Origin: Erysipelotrichales bacterium
Lineage (GTDB): Bacteria > Bacillota_I > Bacilli_A > RFN20 > CAG-826
Assembly (NCBI GenBank): GCA_022508525.1
Contig: JAFLVA010000003.1
Location: forward strand, 39,769 to 103,768
Reading direction: 5' to 3'
Length of the DNA stretch: 64,000 nucleotides
Shown here: positions 27,176 through 37,020 of the stretch, piece after piece
Layout of the letters: each line of letters begins with the position of its first letter
Position numbering within the stretch: the stretch's first letter is position 1
Translations under genes and position numbers: made by a program
Notes under the pieces: model-generated
The model's database searches: none
Seen by the model: only the letters and a program-made list of their open reading frames with translations
What the model was told of the DNA's origin: nothing

Positions 27176-29197
27176 ATGAAAAGAAATTTAAAATTAATTG
27201 CATTATTTAGTTTGGCTTTTTCGGTATTTTTAGGAGTAAAGAATAATAATGCTAAAGCTACAAACGTAAAAGCAGATTCAAAAAGTTATATTGTTGATTC
27301 GTTTAATGATGTTCCAGCAGATTGGGAACTTTATAAACGTGCAGATCAAGGAACTCAAGCAGAAGCAAAAGATGGACAACTAGTAATAACAAATAGCAAC
27401 GGAAGTGCTGGTAACTATTACGGCGGTGTTTATCTATTTGATACTGAAGCTTATACAAACTTCACATTTAAAATGGAGTTTTCTATTCAATCTTCTGCAA
27501 ACACTAGAAGATTTATTGGCTTACTATGGCACACAAATATAGTAAATGACTATTTAAATGGTCTTTATATGAACTATCGTATGGATGGTGGATCTGCAGC
27601 ATCGGTTATTCATCATTCCGGTTCATTTACAGATGATTCTGAAATAAAAGCTGGTACACCAGCTCTTAAAACAAATGAATATCACACTTTAAAAGTAGTA
27701 ATGAATGGTGATTATGTTTATCAATGTATTGATGATATTCTTATCACTTCTTATGATGTTAAGGCTAAATATGCTAGTAACTTATTAGGTCCTGACTATC
27801 CAAGAAGCGGTGGCTTTGGAGTTCTTGTAAATAACTGTGCTCTTAAAATTAAAAGTATTTCTATTTTTGATGAAGTAGAAAGAAATTCTGATGGTGGAAC
27901 AAGCACTGATCACCTTATGGCCTTATTTAATAACTATAATGGTGCAATGGCTAAATGTATTCCAGCAAGTTGGTCAACAATTCCTTATGTAATTGATGGC
28001 GCGGATTCGACATCTGCTGTCGGTTTAAAGGGATCAGCAGGTATATATAGAGATACAGCTGGCAAAGCAGATTATTTAGAATTTGGTCAATATGATGAAA
28101 CTAGCAACTGGCCAACTGCAGAAAAAATGAGTTTAAAAAATTATAAAGATGTAGATGAAGAACTATACAAGGTCTATGCAGATTTACAAGATACTTTACA
28201 AGATTATCGATTCGTTAGTGCTTTGATTACTACATCGTATATTGAAGATGTCCAAGATATATCTTTATATTGGGGTAACTCAAGTTCTGGTCTTTATGGT
28301 AATGCTTATTTATACTTCGTCTATCAACTAGAAGATGGAGATGGAAGTTGGCATATTTTAACTCGAGATGATGGTGTTTCAACATATTCTACAAGTTCTA
28401 TTTATGGAGGCGTTGGAGCAGATGGCGATTATGCATGGAACAACTACGCTATCTTCTCTGGTGATGTTAATGGTGCTAACGAAACAACTGATGATGGAGA
28501 CTTTGCATTAAATCTTAAAGGTAAAACTGCTAAAATCGGCGTTGTACTTGCTTCACTAAGAGGTCCAAATAATAAAATTGATCTTACTGGTTTTATGGTT
28601 AATAGAGTCAACTCAATCAAGGCAGTCATGAATGACGCAAGCTTGAATGAAAGCACATTAGTTGAAATGGGAGGATATAACATTCTTCAATCTCAAGCAG
28701 ATAAATTAGATTCAGAGATTGCTTCAAATGGATCATATTTCGATGATTTTAGTAAGAGGTATGAAGAAATTACTGGAAACAAATTAAGCAAAGAAACAGT
28801 TCGTACATTCCTTGAAGATTGGGATAAAATGAGAGCTAATGGTGAAGGTGGAATTTGTGATTATATAAAAGATCCAAATTGGAATATGTTAAAAGACTTA
28901 TTAGCCCGTTATGATGCTTTCGATGAAGCGCATAAAGAAGAAATTAATAATACAATTGATAAAGGATCTGGTGGATTTGATAGCGAGGATACTACTATTG
29001 GTAACACAATTCAATTTGCTAAAGCAGAATTAGAAGCATACGAAAATGAATCTAGTGACCAAAACGATCCTAGTTTGGGTGGATTAATTATTTTATCAAA
29101 GAATAATACTGCTTCAATTATTGCGTTATTTATAATTTTAGGTTTAGTAGCAGTATCTGCATATTACTTAATTGAAAAAAAGAAATTTGCTAAATAA
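27176..29197 (+). CDS. Surface protein with N-terminal LamG/DUF1080-like domain and TM tail anchor
   Basis: Signal peptide. ADSKSYIVDSFNDVPADWELYKR.. is paralogous to the N-terminus of ORF 29507. C-terminal IIALFIILGLVAVSAYYLIEKKK. Confidence 0.7.
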   Translation: MKRNLKLIALFSLAFSVFLGVKNNNAKATNVKADSKSYIVDSFNDVPADWELYKRADQGTQAEAKDGQLVITNSNGSAGNYYGGVYLFDTEAYTNFTFKMEFSIQSSANTRRFIGLLWHTNIVNDYLNGLYMNYRMDGGSAASVIHHSGSFTDDSEIKAGTPALKTNEYHTLKVVMNGDYVYQCIDDILITSYDVKAKYASNLLGPDYPRSGGFGVLVNNCALKIKSISIFDEVERNSDGGTSTDHLMALFNNYNGAMAKCIPASWSTIPYVIDGADSTSAVGLKGSAGIYRDTAGKADYLEFGQYDETSNWPTAEKMSLKNYKDVDEELYKVYADLQDTLQDYRFVSALITTSYIEDVQDISLYWGNSSSGLYGNAYLYFVYQLEDGDGSWHILTRDDGVSTYSTSSIYGGVGADGDYAWNNYAIFSGDVNGANETTDDGDFALNLKGKTAKIGVVLASLRGPNNKIDLTGFMVNRVNSIKAVMNDASLNESTLVEMGGYNILQSQADKLDSEIASNGSYFDDFSKRYEEITGNKLSKETVRTFLEDWDKMRANGEGGICDYIKDPNWNMLKDLLARYDAFDEAHKEEINNTIDKGSGGFDSEDTTIGNTIQFAKAELEAYENESSDQNDPSLGGLIILSKNNTASIIALFIILGLVAVSAYYLIEKKKFAK

Positions 29198-29216
29198 TCA
29201 AAGCTTAAATTTTTAT

Positions 29217-29243
29217 GGGTACATATAAAATATGTGCCCTTTT
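29217..29243 (+). terminator. Rho-independent terminator
   Basis: GGGTACATAT-AAA-ATATGTGCCC followed by TTTT. Confidence 0.55.
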
Positions 29244-29411
29244 AATATGCGATTAAAATATTGAAATGCCTTTTGTTCGTAATGGTTATATTTTTTTAAT
29301 AAAATAATTTAAATTTTTTTATTTTTTTTGAAACGATTGAATTAGTCAATGTATTTGTTTTTTTAGGGCAAATAAAAAAAATAGTCATTTTTTAGCAAAC
29401 TAAAAAAAGTG

Positions 29412-29441
29412 TTTTACATCATAAATGTAAAAAGATAAAAT
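29412..29441 (+). promoter_or_regulatory. Promoter with embedded palindromic operator (site B)
   Basis: TTTTACAT-CATAA-ATGTAAAA (29412-29432). -35 TTTACA, 17 nt, -10 TAAAAT (29436-29441). Confidence 0.5.
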
Positions 29442-29506
29442 TAAATTGAGAATGATTTGATTGTTAAAAAATTCTTAAGCTATTGTAAAAACTTTGGGAG
29501 GAACTT

Positions 29507-32500
29507 ATGAAAAGAAAAACTAAAATTTTGGCATTGTTTGGGCTAATATTTTCAATTTTTATGGGTGTAAATAATAAACAAATTATTGATGTTAAAGCTG
29601 ATTCAAAAAGTTATAATATTGATTCATTTACACAAATGCCAGAAGATTGGACAATCTATAAGCGTTCGGATGTAAATTATTCGTCGCAACAAGTGGTTAA
29701 TAATGAACTAGTATTAAGTCACTTTAATGAAAGTGGAACTCAGGCAGACAAATATTATGGTTCTGTTTATTTGTTCAATACTGAGGCATATACCGATTTT
29801 ACATTTAGTATGGAATTTTCTTTGGAATCAGCGTTGAATACGAGCAGATTTATAGGATTGCTGTGGCATGCTAACGAAGTTAATGATTATTTAAATTCAT
29901 TATATATGAACTATCGTGTAAGTGGTGAAACTGCATCATCAGTTATATGTGGATCTGGTTCGTTTAAAGATGATACATCAAAAAAAGGACCAGTTGTGTT
30001 ATCTGATGGTAAATATCATGAATTAAAAGTTATCATGATAGATGATACAGTTTATCAATATATTGATAACAATTTGCTTACAACTTATAGTGTTGAACCA
30101 AAATATGCTGATAATTTATTAACAAGTTCATTTCCTAAAGATGGAGGTTTTGGAATTCTTGTGAACAAGAGTACGATAAAAATTAAAAATATTCATATAT
30201 CTGATATACCCGAAGATCCATCAACCATTGTACCTGATGTACCAGAAAATAGACCAATTAAAGATAATGAATTAGCTTCTACATATCAAATGGAAACTGC
30301 ACTAGTTAATTTCCCTACAGTTGTCGCGGATCTTAAAACTAAATCAGATTTACTTGCAATAGAAAGTAATCAGGCAAAACCATCTAACGCAATATTAAGA
30401 ATGAACGCTGATCAAGATATTGTTGATATTAACAATAATAAAATCGATTCTTTTGAAAACATTTTTAAAAACACGCTTAAAAAACAAATTATTCCAATTG
30501 TCAGAGTTGAAGATACACAATCCGCTGATGCATTAATTAGATACTTAAATAACGAGATTGATATATTGGACATGGCGGTTATGTCAAGTAAACCAGAACT
30601 TGTAAAAAAAGTGAGAACAGCTAAAACTCATATTCGTGGAATTATTTCTTTTGAAAATAGTAATTTAACAATGATACAAATTGTTCAAACTCTTAACATG
30701 AATTATGCCACTATTGCTGTTTTTTCTGAAGATATGGCAACTATTGATAATGTATTCTATGTCCAAGCAAGATTTAAAACAGTTTGGGTTAATATGGCTG
30801 ATTCAGCAACAGATTTTAATATATGTAATGCAATCAATAGTAGTTGTTATGGAATAATTGCCAAAGATTATAATAATGTATATGACGCATATAAAACTTA
30901 TGATTCAACGGCGTTTATCCATCCTGTATTTAATGCAGCACATAGGGGGTTACCTAAAAAATATCATGAAAATTCCGTAAGTGGTGTTAAAGCTGCAATT
31001 GCTGCTGGCGCAACGCATTTAGAAATAGACTGCTATTTAACAACAGATAATAAGGTTGTATTAATGCATGACGCTAATATTGCGCGTACTACAAACGGAG
31101 AAGGAAATATTGAAGATTTATCTCTTGAGCAATTACGTCAATATAAATTAGATGCTGCAAAAGATCCAACTCAACCATTAGAAGAAATTCCAATTTTAGA
31201 AGATGTTATTGAGGCAATGCAAGGTAGTGATGCAGTTCTAATTTTGGAAATCAAATCTTCTAAGATTGCTATCGTCGATTATATTCGAGAAGTATTAGAA
31301 ACATATGATTTCTTTGATCAAGTAATATTTATTTCCTTTAATATAGATAATATTGGAAAATTGAAGGTTGTAATACCGGAATGTCCTACTGCATGGTTAG
31401 GAGGAATAATTGCTTCTAATTTTGCATCAAGATTAGAATATATGGGTGATTACAATACGTTATTTGATACTGAATATTCCTATAACAATGGCACTAATAA
31501 AAGTTTTAATCAAAAATATTTAAGAGATCGTGGAATTATTGGTTGGTTCTGGACATTTGATGGAATTGGTCAACTTGAAGGAATTGCAAATAGTAATGGT
31601 TTTTTAGGCGTAACAAATAATGACGCTGACTATTATTCTGATAAAGTAAAATTTGTTAGAGGTGTTTCAACTACACTTGAAAAGGGACAAAATATTACTG
31701 ATTTAGAAACATTGAAAATAGAAGTAGAAAATTATAATGGCGACAAGAAGTTAGTAGACGGAAAAATTGTAAGTTATGAAGAAAAAGACACCCATTATAA
31801 TGTTATTTGTAGTTATTTTGTTGATGGGGGATTCAAAAAAACATACTACACACAAGCGTTTGTGGTTTATAAATATTCGGTAATAACATCAATAGAAATT
31901 GAAACTGCTCCCAAAATAGAATTTGATTATGGCGAAGACTTCTCCGTTAATGGTGGGAAAATAAAAATTAATTATTCTAATGGCACAAGCGAAATCATTG
32001 ATATGGATATTACAATGGTTTCTACTATTCCAGATATGACACAAGTTGGAACGAAAAAAATACTAGTAGAATACGAAGGAGAAACTACAAGTTACTTTAT
32101 TACAATTAAAGAAGTTCCAGTGGTAATAACTTCAATTGAAATAGAAAAAACTCCAAAATCAGAATTTGAATATGATGAAGGATTTTCAGTTGATGGTGGA
32201 AAAATCAAAATCAATTATTCTAATGGCACAAGTACAATTGTGGATATGAATATTTCTATGATTTTAAATATTCCAGATATGACACAAGCTGGAACAAAAG
32301 AAATAATAGTAGAATATGAAGGGAAAACTACAAGTTATGTTATTACTGTAAAAGAAGAACCAGTAGTGATAACCTCAATTGAAATTGAAACCACTCCAAC
32401 TATAGAGTTTGAATGTGGTGAAGAATTCTCCGTGACTGGTGGAAAAATCAAAATTAATTATTCTAATGGTATAAGTGAAGTTATTGATATGGATATTACA

Positions 32501-32758
32501 ATGATTTCTAATATTCCAAATATGGAAGAAGTAGGAACAAAAGAAATTACAGTCACATATGAAGGCTATGAGACAAGTTATTCTATTGTTATAAAAGAAA
32601 CTCAAACACCAGGTCCTGGTATTGATCAAGAAGTACCACCGACAAATAATGATGGGAAGGTTGCAAAAATCATTTCTTTTGTTTCATTAGGAATAGCAAG
32701 TATTTCCATTATATTTAATATAGTATTAGTAATCTTATTGAAAAAAAAGAGAGCTTAA
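29507..32758 (+). CDS. Surface multidomain protein: LamG/DUF1080-like + glycerophosphodiester phosphodiesterase (GDPD) + 3 Big_3-type Ig repeats + TM tail anchor
   Basis: GDPD motifs HRGLPKKYHENS..LEIDCYLTTDNKVVLMHD..RTTNG. Three 81-aa repeats. C-terminal hydrophobic helix then KKKRA. Confidence 0.75.
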   Translation: MKRKTKILALFGLIFSIFMGVNNKQIIDVKADSKSYNIDSFTQMPEDWTIYKRSDVNYSSQQVVNNELVLSHFNESGTQADKYYGSVYLFNTEAYTDFTFSMEFSLESALNTSRFIGLLWHANEVNDYLNSLYMNYRVSGETASSVICGSGSFKDDTSKKGPVVLSDGKYHELKVIMIDDTVYQYIDNNLLTTYSVEPKYADNLLTSSFPKDGGFGILVNKSTIKIKNIHISDIPEDPSTIVPDVPENRPIKDNELASTYQMETALVNFPTVVADLKTKSDLLAIESNQAKPSNAILRMNADQDIVDINNNKIDSFENIFKNTLKKQIIPIVRVEDTQSADALIRYLNNEIDILDMAVMSSKPELVKKVRTAKTHIRGIISFENSNLTMIQIVQTLNMNYATIAVFSEDMATIDNVFYVQARFKTVWVNMADSATDFNICNAINSSCYGIIAKDYNNVYDAYKTYDSTAFIHPVFNAAHRGLPKKYHENSVSGVKAAIAAGATHLEIDCYLTTDNKVVLMHDANIARTTNGEGNIEDLSLEQLRQYKLDAAKDPTQPLEEIPILEDVIEAMQGSDAVLILEIKSSKIAIVDYIREVLETYDFFDQVIFISFNIDNIGKLKVVIPECPTAWLGGIIASNFASRLEYMGDYNTLFDTEYSYNNGTNKSFNQKYLRDRGIIGWFWTFDGIGQLEGIANSNGFLGVTNNDADYYSDKVKFVRGVSTTLEKGQNITDLETLKIEVENYNGDKKLVDGKIVSYEEKDTHYNVICSYFVDGGFKKTYYTQAFVVYKYSVITSIEIETAPKIEFDYGEDFSVNGGKIKINYSNGTSEIIDMDITMVSTIPDMTQVGTKKILVEYEGETTSYFITIKEVPVVITSIEIEKTPKSEFEYDEGFSVDGGKIKINYSNGTSTIVDMNISMILNIPDMTQAGTKEIIVEYEGKTTSYVITVKEEPVVITSIEIETTPTIEFECGEEFSVTGGKIKINYSNGISEVIDMDITMISNIPNMEEVGTKEITVTYEGYETSYSIVIKETQTPGPGIDQEVPPTNNDGKVAKIISFVSLGIASISIIFNIVLVILLKKKRA
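31880..32608 (+). repeat. Three tandem 243-nt coding repeats (Big_3-type Ig-like domains)
   Basis: VITSIEIE(T/K)(A/T)PK.EF.YGE.FSV.GGKIKINYSNG(T/I)S..(I/V)DM.I(T/S)M..(T/N)IP(D/N)M. Repeat starts at 31880, 32123 and 32366. Confidence 0.85.
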
Positions 32759-32833
32759 TTTAAATTTTAACTTTATAAAGTTAACAACAATTCGTATTTG
32801 TAGTATGATAGAAAAGATAATAAGGAGAGAATT

Positions 32834-35212
32834 ATGAAAAAAGGTATTTTGATTACAGCTGCTATGTTGTTTGTGGCTATGTTAGGTATGAATACTGAAA
32901 ATGTTAATACTTTGCATAGAGATGTAAACGTAAAAAAGGTTGCAGCTCCAGAAGGCACAACTGTTACCTACAAAGGTTTTAATACTGAACAAGAGAGCAA
33001 TGGTGAAATTCAATCTGGAACATTAGAAGATATTATAGATGGTGATGATTCAACATCATGTAGATTCTTAAGACCTGCTAAAGGAGATTACATTCAGTTA
33101 GAATTTGCAAGAATGACTGAAGTAAGAGATATAAGAATTCAATACGTTGTTAATGAAACAGGAGAATGGCTTAGAAAAGCAACTATAGAGTATAGTGTTG
33201 ATGGTGATACATTCAAAGCTATAGATCAAGTATCACAGCCTAATGAAAAACATCGTTCAACAGTTATTGATATTAGAAATAATCCTATTCAAGCGAAATA
33301 TTTGAGACTTGTAGTTGCACAAGTTAATGGTTGGGTCAATATTAGTGATTTTTCTATAAATAATTTAACTGAAGAAACTCCAATCATAACAACGAATGGT
33401 TTCTCAATTGTTACAAGCGAATCACTTGAAGGTGAATATGCTTATCAATTATCTAATATGATAGATGGTGATGATTCATCTTATTGTAGATTTAGTAGAC
33501 CAGCTGCTGGAAATTATATTCAACTTGAATTTCTTGAAGAAAAAGAAATAACTGATGTAGAAGTTCAATACTATATCAATGATAAGAATGAATATTTAAA
33601 TTACGGCACAATTAAATATAGTGTTGATGGATCAAATTTCTATAATTTGGATGATTATTCACACTTATCAATGCCAGGTGCTTCGAAATTTAATTCAGTT
33701 ATCGATGTAAGAAATAATCCTAAAACAGTTAAATATTTAAGATTAGAAGTTGTTGAACCTAAAGGATGGGTCAATATTGCTGAAATTAAATATAATACTT
33801 TACCTTCCGATACACCATTTGTATTACAAGATAGCGTTAAGATGTATCGAGGTGGATTATATGGATTAATTGATGACCAAGATGATACATTCTGCTGGTT
33901 CAATGGTAAACCAAATAACATTGTTATTGATTATCAAAAATCTATAGAAATTCGTGATGTTAAAGTTCTTACTGGTAAAGATGATGGTGGCGATACCATG
34001 AAAGGAATATTAGAGTATTCACAAGATAATTCTTCATGGGAAACATTAGGAAACTTTGAAGGTGCTGAAACCGTATTTGATATTGTTGATAATCCAATCA
34101 ATGCCAGATATTTACGCTTAGTAGAAAATGGATCAGCTGGTTGGGTTGCTGTTAGAGAAATAAAAGTAAATACTATTTCTGCCACAGTAAAAGCTGAAGG
34201 AGATTTTAAATCTGCTAATAGCGGAAGTTGGAATGCACCAGAGAATATGTTTGATGGTGACTTAGACACAGCAATGTGGTATGACTGGCATTTCTCAGAG
34301 GGATCATCAATAATTTTGGATTTAAGAGAAGTGACTACTGTTAAAAACGTTGCTTTCTTCCAAGGAGGTTATACTTACGCTAACGGAGTTAAAAAAGTAA
34401 ATGATGATAAATTTGATGTTGCTAGATTTTATTATTCTATTGATAATAAAGAATGGATCAGAGTTAATACTTTAGTCTATTATAATACTGCAGAAATATT
34501 TATTGATTTAAGTGATGCTTCTATTGAAGCGAGATTAATAAAATTAGAATCTGGTGCAACGCAAAATAAAACCGGTGTAGTTATTCGCGAATTTGCAGTT
34601 AATTTTGAAAAAGTTAATATACCGTTTAGTGTTGATAATAAATCTGTATATAGTTATACTGGCGAACAAATAATTCCAGAATATACACTTGATCTTCCAT
34701 ATGGTGTTAAAGCAAATGTTACATTTAAAGATAATAAGCTACCAGTAAAACCTGGCAAATACGAAATGACAATATCTACCGAAGAATCAAAAGCATATAA
34801 TACAATTAATGAGACATTTGAATATGTGATTCTTGATACTTATGATCATTATATTGAATCATGGGGACAAATGCTTGATTCAGTTGATGGAAACATTTGT
34901 GAGTATTTAAAAGCAAAGGATGAAAATGCATTATCAGAACTTATTGATGTATTTGAAAATTATTTAAGCAAAGAAGATTATGAAAAAGTAGCGAACTATA
35001 ATTGGAATGGTGAGTCTACAATTGCTGAAACAATTGATTATGTGAAAATGGCAAGAGAATTTGATGACTATCGTGATGAAAGTAATGGCACAACTTCATT
35101 AGTCTTCGTACAAGTAAAAGATGCAAATTTAATAATTCCATTAGCTATTATAATTGTTACTTCAGTTGCAGCTTACTACATTATTGAGAAACGTAAAGTT
35201 ACAAATAACTAG
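32834..35212 (+). CDS. Surface protein with four F5/8 type C (CBM32-like) domains, conserved C-terminal module and TM tail anchor
   Basis: Repeated DGDDS(T/S)xCRF .. NPIQAKYLRLV signatures. C-terminal IIPLAIIIVTSVAAYYIIEKRK. Confidence 0.75.
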   Translation: MKKGILITAAMLFVAMLGMNTENVNTLHRDVNVKKVAAPEGTTVTYKGFNTEQESNGEIQSGTLEDIIDGDDSTSCRFLRPAKGDYIQLEFARMTEVRDIRIQYVVNETGEWLRKATIEYSVDGDTFKAIDQVSQPNEKHRSTVIDIRNNPIQAKYLRLVVAQVNGWVNISDFSINNLTEETPIITTNGFSIVTSESLEGEYAYQLSNMIDGDDSSYCRFSRPAAGNYIQLEFLEEKEITDVEVQYYINDKNEYLNYGTIKYSVDGSNFYNLDDYSHLSMPGASKFNSVIDVRNNPKTVKYLRLEVVEPKGWVNIAEIKYNTLPSDTPFVLQDSVKMYRGGLYGLIDDQDDTFCWFNGKPNNIVIDYQKSIEIRDVKVLTGKDDGGDTMKGILEYSQDNSSWETLGNFEGAETVFDIVDNPINARYLRLVENGSAGWVAVREIKVNTISATVKAEGDFKSANSGSWNAPENMFDGDLDTAMWYDWHFSEGSSIILDLREVTTVKNVAFFQGGYTYANGVKKVNDDKFDVARFYYSIDNKEWIRVNTLVYYNTAEIFIDLSDASIEARLIKLESGATQNKTGVVIREFAVNFEKVNIPFSVDNKSVYSYTGEQIIPEYTLDLPYGVKANVTFKDNKLPVKPGKYEMTISTEESKAYNTINETFEYVILDTYDHYIESWGQMLDSVDGNICEYLKAKDENALSELIDVFENYLSKEDYEKVANYNWNGESTIAETIDYVKMAREFDDYRDESNGTTSLVFVQVKDANLIIPLAIIIVTSVAAYYIIEKRKVTNN

Positions 35213-35236
35213 TTTCTAATAATTACAAAAATATTT

Positions 35237-35268
35237 AGGACACATTACAAAATGCAATGTGTCCTTTT
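35237..35268 (+). terminator. Rho-independent terminator
   Basis: AGGACACATT..AATGTGTCCT 10-bp stem followed by TTTT. Confidence 0.65.
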
Positions 35269-35393
35269 AAAATATCTTAAATAAATGCTTTTTTCAAAAT
35301 AATGATTATAGTTTAGAGTTTGTTACTTATAAAATATTTTTTATGCACAAAAAAAGAGCTGCTTTTTGCAGCTCTTTTGATTTTAATTTTGGC

Positions 35394-36824
35394 TTAGCCA
35401 GCTTTTCTTGTCCATTCGTCCCAGTTATTTTTTGCTTTATTTGCAATCTTTTGGAATACTTCATTAAGAGGATTAGAAGAAGAGTCATATGTTCCATTTA
35501 ACAATGATAAGAATGGGCGATCTCCACCTGTACACCATACGTCGATTTGGCTAGTTAAGTATTTACGGTTTGAAGAGAAATTAGTAAATTTGTTATTTAA
35601 TCCTGCTCTTAAGGCAATCATTTCTTGCATAAATGTATCTTCAACATTCATTTTGGAATAATCAGCTTTATAAGCTAAGAAACCATGAGCTTTATTTAAG
35701 AATACTTCACAGCCTTTGTCACTAATCATTTCTTTGATAAATTCTTTTGCCAAATCTGCATGTTTTGATGTTGCAGGAATAGCAATGTATTGGTCTTCAC
35801 CAATGATATATGTTGCATCAGCGTTATCGCTTGTTACACCGGATAATGTAGGTGTTTTCATATATCCTAATTCAAATGTGTCTTTTTGTGATCCACCATT
35901 AGTATAAACAAGAGAGTCATTATATAACCAGTCGCAGTTAAACATCATTGCAGCTTTACCATTGATAAAGTCTTTTTGAGCATCGGAAGCATTTAGATTA
36001 TTATTTGAAGAATTCCAGTTACCATTTCCTTTTGCAAATAATTGATGCCAATGTTCAGTAGCAGTCTTTAATGCAGCATAAGTTTCATTTTTGCTTGCGT
36101 CAAAGTTTTCATAACTTTCATATTTTAAGAATTCTTTAATGTTATCTACACCTGCTAATTGACCCCACCAGTTAAACACTGCATAGTCGAAGTAGTCAGT
36201 ATCAGTACCACCATATACGAATGGTATTACCGCTGTAGTACCTAAGCCACCAGGAACAGGAAGTCTTGCACTTTTAATAGTTTCGCAAAGTGTCATTAAA
36301 TCATCAAAGGTTGTTGGCACTGTCCATCCGTTATCTTCAAACATCTTTTTATTATAATAGATACCGCCGATACCAGAAGTGAATGGTAAACGATAGACTT
36401 TCTTTTCTCCATTGCTTCTTGTAAATTCAATTGAATCTTTAAATTCATCTGCAATCTTATCTTTAACTGTTACGCCATCAACTGTTTCTTCTAAGAAATC
36501 AGTTAAATCTAAGAATTTACTTTGTGCGGCATATGATTTCCAAGCCGTATCAACACATATATATAAGTCATCGTTATTTCTACTTGAAGCTAAATTACTT
36601 TTAATGATTTCTTTTGCAGAGTAGTCAGCCTTTAAATTTACTTCAACACCCGGATGGGTTACTTTAAAGTTTTCGACAAGTGTGTTAATCCAATCGACAC
36701 CATAACTAGCTTCGATACAGACAATGTTCAAAGTGTTAGATGAATTTGAACCTCCACATGATGCTAATCCGGAGCTTAATCCCGCAGCCAATAGAACGAC
36801 AGGAATTATCTTTTTTATTTTCAT
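35394..36824 (-). CDS. ABC transporter sugar-binding lipoprotein
   Basis: Lipobox GLASCGG. Family-1 solute-binding protein size and composition. AAGGAG RBS. Hairpin terminator at 35348-35380. Confidence 0.8.
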   Translation of the reverse strand: MKIKKIIPVVLLAAGLSSGLASCGGSNSSNTLNIVCIEASYGVDWINTLVENFKVTHPGVEVNLKADYSAKEIIKSNLASSRNNDDLYICVDTAWKSYAAQSKFLDLTDFLEETVDGVTVKDKIADEFKDSIEFTRSNGEKKVYRLPFTSGIGGIYYNKKMFEDNGWTVPTTFDDLMTLCETIKSARLPVPGGLGTTAVIPFVYGGTDTDYFDYAVFNWWGQLAGVDNIKEFLKYESYENFDASKNETYAALKTATEHWHQLFAKGNGNWNSSNNNLNASDAQKDFINGKAAMMFNCDWLYNDSLVYTNGGSQKDTFELGYMKTPTLSGVTSDNADATYIIGEDQYIAIPATSKHADLAKEFIKEMISDKGCEVFLNKAHGFLAYKADYSKMNVEDTFMQEMIALRAGLNNKFTNFSSNRKYLTSQIDVWCTGGDRPFLSLLNGTYDSSSNPLNEVFQKIANKAKNNWDEWTRKAG

Positions 36825-37020
36825 TTTATGTGTTCTCCTTTTTTAACTTTCTAAAAAATACTATTTTTATTGTAATGATTTTATCTAATAAATGCAATAG
36901 GATAAAGCAAACTTACGTAGTAAAAGCGACATAATGGCTTTTTTTAACTTTATAAAAAAACAATTGTTTTTTGTAGTATACATTAGGTATAATGTAAATG
37001 AAGAAATAGAGGTGTCTGCC

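Noticed and set aside
31880-32608. Regularly spaced repeats considered as a possible CRISPR-like array.
   Set aside because: The period is 243 nt, the repeats are in frame within a long ORF, and they encode Ig-like domains. No short repeat-spacer structure exists anywhere in the window.
36934-37020. Track start of the GH16 ORF (MAFFNFIKKQLFF...).
   Set aside because: The region is promoter-like (TATAAT at 36988-36993). A GAGGTG RBS and a classic lipoprotein signal peptide begin at ATG 37021.
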